Positions 1-14,000 of a stretch of DNA of 64,000 nt are shown here, piece by piece. The notes under the pieces are model-generated. The model saw only the letters and a list, made by a program, of their open reading frames with translations, was not told the origin of the DNA and ran no database searches. How positions within the stretch are numbered: the first letter of the stretch is position 1; each line of letters begins with the position of its first letter. Both the position numbers and the translations under genes were made by a program. Source of the DNA: Eledone cirrhosa (Eukaryota). The stretch lies in contig OZ024745.1 of NCBI GenBank assembly GCA_964016885.1, positions 868,001-932,000 on the forward strand, written 5' to 3'.

Positions 1-676
1 ACAGTGTACCTATTCTAAACTAGATATACATGGTATTACAACATACAGGGATACAGTGTACCTATTCTAAACTAGATATACATGGTCTTACAACATACAG
101 GGATACAGTGTACCTATTCTAAACTAGATATACATGGTATTACAACATACAGGGATACAGTGTACCTATTCTAAACTAGATATACATGGTCTTACAACAT
201 ACAGGGATACAGTGTACCTATTCTAAACTAGATATACATGGTATTACAACATACAGGGATACAGTGTACCTATTCTAAACTAGATATATATGGTATTACA
301 ACATACAGGGATACAGTGTACCTATTCTAAACTAGATATACATGGTATTACAACATACAGGGATACAGTGTACCTATTCTAAACTAGATATACATGGTAT
401 TACAACATACAGGGATACAGTGTACCTATTCTAAACTAGATATACATGGTCTTACAACATACAAGGATACAGTGTACCTATTCTAAACTAGATATACATG
501 GTATTACAACATACAGGGATACAGTGTACCTATTCTAAACTAGATATACATGGTCTTACAACATACAGGGATACAGTGTACCTATTCTAAACTAGATATA
601 CATGGTATTACAACATACAGGGATACAGTGTGCCTATTCTAAACTAGATATATATGGTATTACAACAGACAGGGAT

Positions 677-708
677 ACAGTGTACCTGGTATTACAACAT
701 ACAGGGAT
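677..708 (+). repeat. 32-bp deletion monomer (lacks monomer nt 11-30); first of 21 copies
   Basis: The sequence is ACAGTGTACC|TGGTATTACAACATACAGGGAT. It starts at 677, 4089, 6773, 7221, 7825, 11756, 15168, 20452, 21212, 27796, 30480, 32956, 34704, 37180, 40436, 41246, 43410 and 46770. A 30-bp form starts at 50960, 58162 and 62038. Confidence 0.97.
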
Positions 709-3700
709 ACAGTGTACCTATTCTAAACTAGATATACATGGTATTACAACATACAGGGATACAGTGTACCTATTCTAAACTAGATGTACATGGTATTACA
801 ACATACAGGGATACAGTGTACCTATTCTAAACTAGATATACATGGTAGTATGACATACAGGATTACAGTGTACCTATTCTAAACTAGATATACATGGTAT
901 TACAACATACAGGGATACAGTGTACCTATTCTAAACTAGATATACATGGTATTACAACATACAGGGATACAGTGTACCTATTCTAAACTAGATATACATG
1001 GTATTATGACATACAGGGATACAGTGTACCTATTCTAAACTAGATATACATGGTCTTATGACATACAGGGATACAGTGTACCTATTCTAAACTAGATATA
1101 CATGGTATTACAACATACAGGGATACAGTGTACCTATTCTAAACTAGATATACATGGTATTACAACATACAGGGATACAGTGTACCTATTCTAAACTAGA
1201 TATACATGGTATTACAACATACAGGGATACAGTGTACCTATTCTAAACTAGATATACATGGTATTATGACATACAGGGATACAGTGTACCTATTCTAAAG
1301 TAGATATATATGGTCTTACAACATACAGGGATACAGTGTAGCTATTCTAAACTAGATATACATGGTATTATGACATACAGGGATACAGTGTACCTATTCT
1401 AAACTAGATATACATGGTATTACAACATACAGGGATACAGTGTACCTATTCTAAACTAGATATATATGGTATTACAACATACAGAGATACAGTGTACCTA
1501 TTCTAAACTAGATATATATGGTCTTATGACAAACAGGGATACAGTGTACCTATTCTAAACTAGATATATATGGTCTTACGACATACAGGGATGCAGTGTA
1601 CCTATTCTAAACTAGATATATATGGTATTACATCATACAGGGATACAGTGTACCTATTCTAAACTAGATATATATGGTATTACAACATACAGGGATACAG
1701 TGTACCTATTCTAAGCTAGATATATATGGTATTACAACATACAGGGATACAGTGTACCTATTCTAAACTAGATATATATGGTATTACAACATACAGGGAT
1801 ACAGTGTATCTATTCTAAACTAGATATATATGGTATTACAACATACAGGGATACAGTGTACCTATTCTAAACTAGATATATATGGTATTACAACATACAG
1901 GGATACAGTGTACCTATTCTAAACTAGATATATATGGTATTACAACATACAGGGATACAGTGTACCTATTCTAAGCTAGATATACATGGTATTACAACAT
2001 ACAGGGATACAGTGTACCTATTCTAATCTAGATATATATGGTATTACAACATACAGGGATACAGTGTACCTATTCTAAACTAGATATATATAGTATTACA
2101 ACATACAGGGATACAGTGTACCTATTCTAAACTAGATATATATGGTATTACAACATACAGGTATACATTGTACCTATTCTAAACTAGGTATATATGGTAT
2201 TATAACATACAGGGATACAGTGTAACTATTCTAAACTAGATATACATGGTATTACAACATACAGGGATACAGTGTACCTATTTTAAACTAGATATACATG
2301 GTAGTATGACATACAGGGATACAGCGTACCTATTCTAAACTAGATATACATGGTCTTACAACATACAGGGATACAGTGTACCTATTCTAAACTAGATATA
2401 CATGGTATTATGACATACAGGGATACAGTGTACCTATTCTAAACTAGATATACATGGTCTTATGACATACAGGGATACAGTGTACCTATTCTAAACTAGA
2501 TATACATGGTCTTACAACATACAGGGATACAGTGTACCTATTCTAAACTAAATATATATGGTATTATGACATACAGGGATACAGTGTACCTATTCTAAAC
2601 TAGATATACATGGTATTACAACATACAGGGATACAGTGTACCTATTCTAAACTAGATATATATGGTATTACCACATACAGAGATACAGTGTACCTATAAT
2701 AAAATAGATATACATGGTATTATGACATACAGGGATACAGTGTACCTATTCTAAATTTGATATACATGGTATTACAACATACAGAGATACAGTGTACATA
2801 TTCTAAACTAGATATACATGGTCTTACATCATCCAGGGATACAGTGTACCTATTGTAAACTAGATATATATGGTATTACAACATACAGGGATACAGTGTA
2901 CCTATTCTAAACTAGATATACATGGTATTAACACATACAGAGATACAGTGTACCTATTCTAAACTAGATATACATGGTATTACATCATACAGGGATACAG
3001 TGTACCTATTGTAAACTAGATATACATGGTATTACAACATACAGGGATACAGTGTACCTATTCTAAACTAGATATATATGGTCTTACAACATACAGGGAT
3101 ACAGTGTACCTATTCTAAACTAGATATACATGGTATTACATCATACAGGGATACAGTGTACCTATTCTAAACTAGATATACATGGTATTACAACATACAG
3201 GGATACAGTGTACCTATTCTAAACTAGGTATATATGGTATTACAAAATACAGGGATACAGTGTACCTATTCTAAACTAGGTATACATGGTATTAACACAT
3301 ACAGAGATACAGTGTACCTATTCTAAACTATATATATATGGTATTACAACATACAGGGATACAGTGTACCTATTCTAAACTAGATATACACGGTATTACA
3401 ACATACAGGGATACAGTGTACCTCTTCTAAACTAGATATACATGGTATTACAACATACAGGGATACAGTGTACCTATTCTAAACTAGATATACATGGTCT
3501 TACAACATACAGGGATACAGTGTACCTATTCTAAACTAGATATACATGGTATTACAACATACAGGGATACAGTGTACCTATTCTAAACTAGATATACATG
3601 GTCTTACAACATACAGGGATACAGTGTACCTATTCTAAACTAGATATACATGGTATTACAACATACAGGGATACAGTGTACCTATTCTAAACTAGATATA

Positions 3701-4088
3701 TATGGTATTACAACATACAGGGATACAGTGTACCTATTCTAAACTAGATATACATGGTATTACAACATACAGGGATACAGTGTACCTATTCTAAACTAGA
3801 TATACATGGTATTACAACATACAGGGATACAGTGTACCTATTCTAAACTAGATATACATGGTCTTACAACATACAAGGATACAGTGTACCTATTCTAAAC
3901 TAGATATACATGGTATTACAACATACAGGGATACAGTGTACCTATTCTAAACTAGATATACATGGTCTTACAACATACAGGGATACAGTGTACCTATTCT
4001 AAACTAGATATACATGGTATTACAACATACAGGGATACAGTGTACCTATTCTAAACTAGATATATATGGTATTACAACAGACAGGGAT
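677..4088 (+). repeat. One full higher-order repeat unit: 66 monomers (65x52 + 1x32 = 3412 bp)
   Basis: The 32-bp monomer is at 677 and 4089, and the TCTAGA variant is at 2027 and 5439; both offsets are 3412. The ordered variant string (GATGTAC, GTAGTATGAC..GGATTAC, AAAGTAG, GTAGCT, TTACGAC..GATGC, AAGCTAG, GTATCT, AATCTAG, GGTATACATTG, GTAACT, TATAATAAAAT, AAATTTG, CATCATCC, ATTGT) repeats in the same order. Confidence 0.93.
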
Positions 4089-7000
4089 ACAGTGTACCTG
4101 GTATTACAACATACAGGGATACAGTGTACCTATTCTAAACTAGATATACATGGTATTACAACATACAGGGATACAGTGTACCTATTCTAAACTAGATGTA
4201 CATGGTATTACAACATACAGGGATACAGTGTACCTATTCTAAACTAGATATACATGGTAGTATGACATACAGGATTACAGTGTACCTATTCTAAACTAGA
4301 TATACATGGTATTACAACATACAGGGATACAGTGTACCTAGTCTAAACTAGATATACATGGTATTACAACATACAGGGATACAGTGTACCTATTCTAAAC
4401 TAGATATACATGGTATTATGACATACAGGGATACAGTGTACTTATTCTAAACTAGATATACATGGTCTTATGACATACAGGGATACAGTGTACCTATTCT
4501 AAACTAGATATACATGGTATTACAACATACAGGGATACAGTGTGCCTATTCTAAACTAGATATACATGGTATTACAACATACAGGGATACAGTGTACCTA
4601 TTCTAAACTAGATATACATGGTATTACAACATACAGGGATACAGTGTACCTATTCTAAACTAGATATACATGGTATTATGACATACAGGGATACAGCGTA
4701 CCTATTCTAAAGTAGATATATATGGTCTTACAACATACAGGGATACAGTGTAGCTATTCTAAACTAGATATACATGGTATTATGACATACAGGGATACAG
4801 TGTACCTATTCTAAACTAGATATACATGGTATTACAACATACAGGGATACAGTGTACCTATTCTAAACTAGATATATATGGTATTACAACATACAGAGAT
4901 ACAGTGTACCTATTCTAAACTAGATATATATGATCTTATGACATACAGGGATACAGTGTACCTATTCTAAACTAGATATATATGGTCTTACGACATACAG
5001 GGATGCAGTGTACCTATTCTAAACTAGATATATATGGTATTACATCATACAGGGATACAGTGTACCTATTCTAAACTAGATATATATGGTATTACAACAT
5101 ACAGGGATACAGTGTACCTATTCTAAGCTAGATATATATGGTATTACAACATACAGGGATACAGTGTACCTATTCTAAACTAGATATATATGGTATTACA
5201 ACATACAGGGATACAGTGTATCTATTCTAAACTAGATATATATGGTATTACAACATACAGGGATACAGTGTACCTATTCTAAACTAGATATATATGGTAT
5301 TACAACATACAGGGATACAGTGTACCTATTCTAAACTAGATATATATGGTATTACAACATACAGGGATACAGTGTACCTATTCAAAGCTAGATATACATG
5401 GTATTACAACATACAGGGATACAGTGTACCTATTCTAATCTAGATATATATGGTATTACAACATACAGGGATACAGTGTACCTATTCTAAACTAGATATA
5501 TATAGTATTACAACATACAGGGATACAGTGTACCTATTCTAAACTAGATATATATGGTATTACAACATACAGGTATACATTGTACCTATTCTAAACTAGG
5601 TATATATGGTATTACAACATACAGGGATACAGTGTAACTATTCTAAACTAGATATACATGGTATTACAACATACAGGGATACAGTGTACCTATTCTAAAC
5701 TAGATATACATGGTCTTATGACATACAGGGATACAGTGTACCTATTCTAAACTAGATATACATGGTCTTACAACATACAGGGATACAGTGTACCTATTCT
5801 AAACTAAATATATATGGTATTATGACATACAGGGATACAGTGTACCTATTCTAAACTAGATATACATGGTATTACAACATACAGGGATACAGTGTACCTA
5901 TTCTAAACTAGATATATATGGTATTACAACATACAGAGATACAGTGTACCTATAATAAAATAGATATACATGGTATTATGACATACAGGGATACAGTGTA
6001 CCTATTCTAAATTTGATATACATGGTATTACAACATACAGAAATACAGTGTACATATTCTAAACTAGATATACATGGTCTTACATCATCCAGGGATACAG
6101 TGTACCTATTGTAAACTAGATATATATGGTATTACAACATACAGGGATACAGTGTACCTATTCTAAACTAGATATACATGGTATTAACACATACAGAGAT
6201 ACGGTGTACCTATTCTAAACTAGATATACATGGTATTACATCATACAGGGATACAGTGTACCTATTGTAAACTAGATATACATGGTATTACAACATACAG
6301 GGATACAGTGTACCTATTCTAAACTAGATATATATGGTCTTACAACATACAGGGATACAGTGTACCTATTCTAAACTAGATATACATGGTATTACATCAT
6401 ACAGGGATACAGTGTACCTATTCTAAACTAGATATATATGGTATTACAACATACAGGGATACAGTGTACCTATTCTAAACTAGATATACATGGTATTACA
6501 ACATACAGGGATACAGTGTACCTATTCTAAACTAGGTATATATGGTATTACAAAATATGGGGATACAGTGTACCTATTCTAAACTAGGTATACATGGTAT
6601 TAACACATACAGAGATACAGTGTACCTATTCTAAACTAGATATATATGGTATTACAACATACAGGGATACAGTGTACCTATTCTAAACTAGATATACATG
6701 GTATTACAACATACAGGGATACAGTGTACCTATTCTAAACTAGATATACATGGTATTATGACATACAGGGATACAGTGTACCTGGTATTACAACATACAG
6801 GGATACAGTGTACCTATTCTAAACTAGATATACATGGTATTACAACATACAGGGATACAGTGTACCTATTCTAAACTAGATGTACATGGTATTACAACAT
6901 ACAGGGATACAGTGTACCTATTCTAAACTAGATATACATGGAAGTATGACATACAGGATTACAGTGTACCTATTCTAAACTAGATATACATGGTATTACA

Positions 7001-10000
7001 ACATACAGGGATACAGTGTACCTATTCTAAACTAGATATGCATGGTATTACAACATACAGGGATACAGTGTACCTATTCTAAACTAGATATATATGGTAT
7101 TACAACATACAGGGATACAGTGTACCTATTCTAAACTAGATATACATGGTATTACAACATACAGGGATACAGTGTGCCTATTCTAAACTAGATATATATG
7201 GTATTACAACAGACAGGGATACAGTGTACCTGGTATTACAACATACAGGGATACAGTGTACCTATTCTAAACTAGATATACATGGTATTACAACATACAG
7301 GGATACAGTGTACCTATTCTAAACTAGATGTACATGGTATTACAACATACAGGGATACAGTGTACCTATTCTAAACTAGATATACATGGTAGTATGACAT
7401 ACAGGATTACAGTGTACCTATTCTAAACTAGATATACATGGTATTACAACATACAAGGATACAGTGTACCTATTCTAAACTAGATATACATGGTCTTACA
7501 ACATACAGGGATACAGTGTACCTATTCTAAACTAGATATACATGGTATTACAACATACAGGGATACAGTGTACCTATTCTAAACTAGATATACATGGTCT
7601 TACAACATACAAGGATACAGTGTACCTATTCTAAACTAGATATACATGGTATTACAACATACAGGGATACAGTGTACCTATTCTAAACTAGATATACATG
7701 GTCTTACAACATACAGGGATACAGTGTACCTATTCTAAACTAGATATACATGGTATTACAACATACAGGGATACAGTGTGCCTATTCTAAACTAGATATA
7801 TATGGTATTACAACAGACAGGGATACAGTGTACCTGGTATTACAACATACAGGGATACAGTGTACCTATTCTAAACTAGATATACATGGTATTACAACAT
7901 ACAGGGATACAGTGTACCTATTCTAAACTAGATGTACATGGTATTACAACATACAGGGATACAGTGTACCTATTCTAAACTAGATATACATGGAAGTATG
8001 ACATACAGGATTACAGTGTACCTATTCTAAACTAGATATACATGGTATTACAACATACAGGGATACAGTGTACCTATTCTAAACTAGATATGCATGGTAT
8101 TACAACATACAGGGATACAGTGTACCTATTCTAAACTAGATATACATGGTATTATGACATACAGGGATACAGTGTACCTATTCTAAACTAGATATACATG
8201 GTCTTATGACATACAGGGATACAGTGTACCTATTCTAAACTAGATATACATGGTATTACAACATACAGGGATACAGTGTACCTATTCTAAACTAGATATA
8301 CATGGTATTACAACATACAGGGATACAGTGTACCTATTCTAAACTAGATATACATGGTATTACAACATACAGGGATACAGTGTACCTATTCTAAACTAGA
8401 TATACATGGTATTATGACATACAGGGATACAGCGTACCTATTCTAAAGTAGATATATATGGTCTTACAACATACAGGGATACAGTGTAGCTATTCTAAAC
8501 TAGATATACATGGTATTATGACATACAGGGATACAGTGTACCTATTCTAAACTAGATATACATGGTATTACAACATACAGGGATACAGTGTACCTATTCT
8601 AAACTAGATATATATGGTATTACAACATACAGAGATACAGTGTACCTATTCTAAACTAGATATATATGGTCTTATGACATACAGGGATACAGTGTACCTA
8701 TTCTAAACTAGATATATATGGTCTTACAACATACAGGGATGCAGTGTACCTATTCTAAACTAGATATATATGGTATTACATCATACAGGGATACAGTGTA
8801 CCTATTCTAAACTAGATATATATGGTATTACAACATACAGGGATACAGTGTACCTATTCTAAGCTAGATATATATGGTATTACAACATACAGGGATACAG
8901 TGTACCTATTCTAAACTAGATATATATGGTATTACAACATACAGGGATACAGTGTATCTATTCTAAACTAGATATATATGGTATTACAACATACAGGGAT
9001 ACAGTGTACCTATTCTAAACTAGATATATATGGTATTACAACATACAGGGATACAGTGTACCTATTCTAAACTAGATATATATGGTATTACAACATACAG
9101 GGATACAGTGTACCTATTCTAAGCTAGATATACATGGTATTACAACATACAGGGATACAGTGTACCTATTCTAATCTAGATATATATGGTATTACAACAT
9201 ACAGAGATACAGTGTACCTATAATAAAATAGATATACATGGTATTATGACATACAGGGATACAGTGTACCTATTCTAAATTTGATATACATGGTATTACA
9301 ACATACAGAGATAGAGTGTACATATTCTAAACTAGATATACATGGTCTTACATCATCCAGGGATACAGTGTACCTATTGTAAACTAGATATATATGGTAT
9401 TACAACATACAGGGATACAGTGTACCTATTCTAAACTAGATATACATGGTATTACATCATACAGGGATACAGTGTACCTATTGTAAACTAGATATACATG
9501 GTATTACAACATACAGGGATACAGTGTACCTATTCTAAACTAGATATATATGGTCTTACAACATACAGGGATACAGTGTACCTATTCTAAACTAGATATA
9601 CATGGTATTACATCATACAGGGATACAGTGTACCTATTCTAAACTAGATATATATGGTATTACAACATACAGGGATACAGTGTATCTATTCAAAACTAGA
9701 TATACATGGTATTACAACATACAGGGATACAGTGTACCTATTCTAAACTAGGTATATATGGTATTACAAAATACAGGGATACAGTGTACCTATTCTAAAC
9801 TAGGTATACATGGTATTAACACATACAGAGATACAGTGTACCTATTCTAAACTAGATATATATGGTATTACAACATACAGGGATACAGTGTACCTATTCT
9901 AAACTAGATCTACATGGTATTACAACATACAGGGATACAGTGTACCTCTTCTAAACTAGATATACATGGTATTACAACATACAGGGATACAGTGTACCTA

Positions 10001-11079
10001 TTCTAAACTAGATATACATGGCCTTACAACATACAGGGATACAGTGTACCTATTCTAAACTAGATATACATGGTATTACAACATACAGGGATACAGTGTA
10101 CCTATTCTAAACTAGATATACATGGTCTTACAACATACAGGGATACAGTGTACCTATTCTAAACTAGATATACATGGTATTACAACATACAGGGATACAG
10201 TGTACCTATTTTAAACTAGATATACATGGAAGTATGACATACAGGGTTACAGTGTACCTATTCTAAACTAGATATACATGGTATTACAACATACAGGGAT
10301 ACAGTGTACCTATTCTAAACTAGATATACATGGTATTATGACATACAGGGATACAGTGTACCTATTCTGAACTAGATATACATGGTATTATGACATACAG
10401 GGATACAGTGTACCTATTCTAAACTAGATATACATGGTCTTATGACATACAGGGATACAGTGTACCTATTCTAAACTAGATATACATGGTCTTACAACAT
10501 ACAGGGATACAGTGTACCTATTCTAAACTAGATATATATGGTATTACAACATACAGAGATACAGTGTACCTATTCTAAACTAGATATATATGGTCTTACA
10601 ACATACAGAGATACAATGTACCTATTCTAAACTAGATATACATGGTATTACAACATACAGGGATACAGTGTACCTATTCTAATCTAGATATATATGGTAT
10701 TACAACATACAGGGATACAGTATACCTATTCTAAACTAGATATATATGGTATTACAACATACAGGGATACAGTGTACCTATTCTAAACTAGATATATATG
10801 GTATTACAACATACAGGGATACAGTGTGCTATTCTAAACTAGGTATATATGGTATTACAACATACAGGGATACAGTGTACCTATTCTAAACTAGATATAC
10901 ATGGTATTACAACATACAGGGATACAGTGTACCTATTCTAAACTAGATATACATGGTATTATGACATACAGGGATACAGTGTACCTATTCTAAACTAGAT
11001 ATATATGGTATTATAACATACAGGGATACAGTGTACCTATTCTAAACTAGATATACATGGTATTACAACATACAGGGAT

Positions 11080-14000
11080 ACAGTGTACCTATTCTAAACT
11101 AGATATACATGGTATTACAACATACAGGGATACAGTGTACCTATTCTAAACTAGATATACATGGTCTTACAACATACAGGGATACAGTGTACCTATTCTA
11201 AACTAGATATACATGGTATTACAACATACAGGGATACAGTGTACCTATTCTAAACTAGATATACATGGTCTTACAACATACAGGGATACAGTGTACCTAT
11301 TCTAAACTAGATATACATGGTATTACAACATACAGGGATACAGTGTACCTATTCTAAACTAGATATATATGGTATTACAACATACAGGGATACAGTGTAC
11401 CTATTCTAAACTAGATATACATGGTATTACAACATACAGGGATACAGTGTACCTATTCTAAACTAGATATACATGGTATTACAACATACAGGGATACAGT
11501 GTACCTATTCTAAACTAGATATACATGGTCTTACAACATACAAGGATACAGTGTACCTATTCTAAACTAGATATACATGGTATTACAACATACAGGGATA
11601 CAGTGTACCTATTCTAAACTAGATATACATGGTCTTACAACATACAGGGATACAGTGTACCTATTCTAAACTAGATATACATGGTATTACAACATACAGG
11701 GATACAGTGTGCCTATTCTAAACTAGATATATATGGTATTACAACAGACAGGGATACAGTGTACCTGGTATTACAACATACAGGGATACAGTGTACCTAT
11801 TCTAAACTAGATATACATGGTATTACAACATACAGGGATACAGTGTACCTATTCTAAACTAGATGTACATGGTATTACAACATACAGGGATACAGTGTAC
11901 CTATTCTAAACTAGATATACATGGTAGTATGACATACAGGATTACAGTGTACCTATTCTAAACTAGATATACATGGTATTACAACATACAGGGATACAGT
12001 GTACCTATTCTAAACTAGATATACATGGTATTACAACATACAGGGATACAGTGTACCTATTCTAAACTAGATATACATGGTATTATGACATACAGGGATA
12101 CAGTGTACCTATTCTAAACTAGATATACATGGTCTTATGACATACAGGGATACAGTGTACCTATTCTAAACTAGATATACATGGTATTACAACATACAGG
12201 GATACAGTGTACCTATTCTAAACTAGATATACATGGTATTACAACATACAGGGATACAGTGTACCTATTCTAAACTAGATATACATGGTATTACAACATA
12301 CAGGGATACAGTGTACCTATTCTAAACTAGATATACATGGTATTATGACATACAGGGATACAGTGTACCTATTCTAAAGTAGATATATATGGTCTTACAA
12401 CATACAGGGATACAGTGTAGCTATTCTAAACTAGATATACATGGTATTATGACATACAGGGATACAGTGTACCTATTCTAAACTAGATATACATGGTATT
12501 ACAACATACAGGGATACAGTGTACCTATTCTAAACTAGATATATATGGTATTACAACATACAGAGATACAGTGTACCTATTCTAAACTAGATATATATGG
12601 TCTTATGACAAACAGGGATACAGTGTACCTATTCTAAACTAGATATATATGGTCTTACGACATACAGGGATGCAGTGTACCTATTCTAAACTAGATATAT
12701 ATGGTATTACATCATACAGGGATACAGTGTACCTATTCTAAACTAGATATATATGGTATTACAACATACAGGGATACAGTGTACCTATTCTAAGCTAGAT
12801 ATATATGGTATTACAACATACAGGGATACAGTGTACCTATTCTAAACTAGATATATATGGTATTACAACATACAGGGATACAGTGTATCTATTCTAAACT
12901 AGATATATATGGTATTACAACATACAGGGATACAGTGTACCTATTCTAAACTAGATATATATGGTATTACAACATACAGGGATACAGTGTACCTATTCTA
13001 AACTAGATATATATGGTATTACAACATACAGGGATACAGTGTACCTATTCTAAGCTAGATATACATGGTATTACAACATACAGGGATACAGTGTACCTAT
13101 TCTAATCTAGATATATATGGTATTACAACATACAGGGATACAGTGTACCTATTCTAAACTAGATATATATAGTATTACAACATACAGGGATACAGTGTAC
13201 CTATTCTAAACTAGATATATATGGTATTACAACATACAGGTATACATTGTACCTATTCTAAACTAGGTATATATGGTATTATAACATACAGGGATACAGT
13301 GTAACTATTCTAAACTAGATATACATGGTATTACAACATACAGGGATACAGTGTACCTATTTTAAACTAGATATACATGGTAGTATGACATACAGGGATA
13401 CAGCGTACCTATTCTAAACTAGATATACATGGTCTTACAACATACAGGGATACAGTGTACCTATTCTAAACTAGATATACATGGTATTATGACATACAGG
13501 GATACAGTGTACCTATTCTAAACTAGATATACATGGTCTTATGACATACAGGGATACAGTGTACCTATTCTAAACTAGATATACATGGTCTTACAACATA
13601 CAGGGATACAGTGTACCTATTCTAAACTAAATATATATGGTATTATGACATACAGGGATACAGTGTACCTATTCTAAACTAGATATACATGGTATTACAA
13701 CATACAGGGATACAGTGTACCTATTCTAAACTAGATATATATGGTATTACCACATACAGAGATACAGTGTACCTATAATAAAATAGATATACATGGTATT
13801 ATGACATACAGGGATACAGTGTACCTATTCTAAATTTGATATACATGGTATTACAACATACAGAGATACAGTGTACATATTCTAAACTAGATATACATGG
13901 TCTTACATCATCCAGGGATACAGTGTACCTATTGTAAACTAGATATATATGGTATTACAACATACAGGGATACAGTGTACCTATTCTAAACTAGATATAC

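Larger units (their letters stand above)
1..6783 (+). repeat. Copy 1 of a near-identical block of at least 6.8 kb (partner 11080-17862, offset 11079)
   Basis: Private variants match at a constant offset of 11079: 1532/12611 (GACAAAC), 2672/13751 (TACCAC), 4341/15420 (CTAGTCT), 5384/16463 (TTCAAAG), 6203/17282 (ACGGTG) and 6552/17631 (AAAATATGG). Confidence 0.93.

Noticed and set aside
1437-2216. Fungal RIP signature from the ATACAT>ATATAT (CpA>TpA) change
   Set aside because: Only one CpA site is commonly affected while the many other CA/TG dinucleotides in the monomer are intact. Spread of a single allele by duplication explains it better.
2695-2705. TATAAT / AATAAA motif resembling a -10 box, TATA box or poly(A) signal (22 copies)
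   Set aside because: It is a three-substitution variant of TATTCTAAACT propagated with the HOR. There is no downstream gene or other evidence of function.
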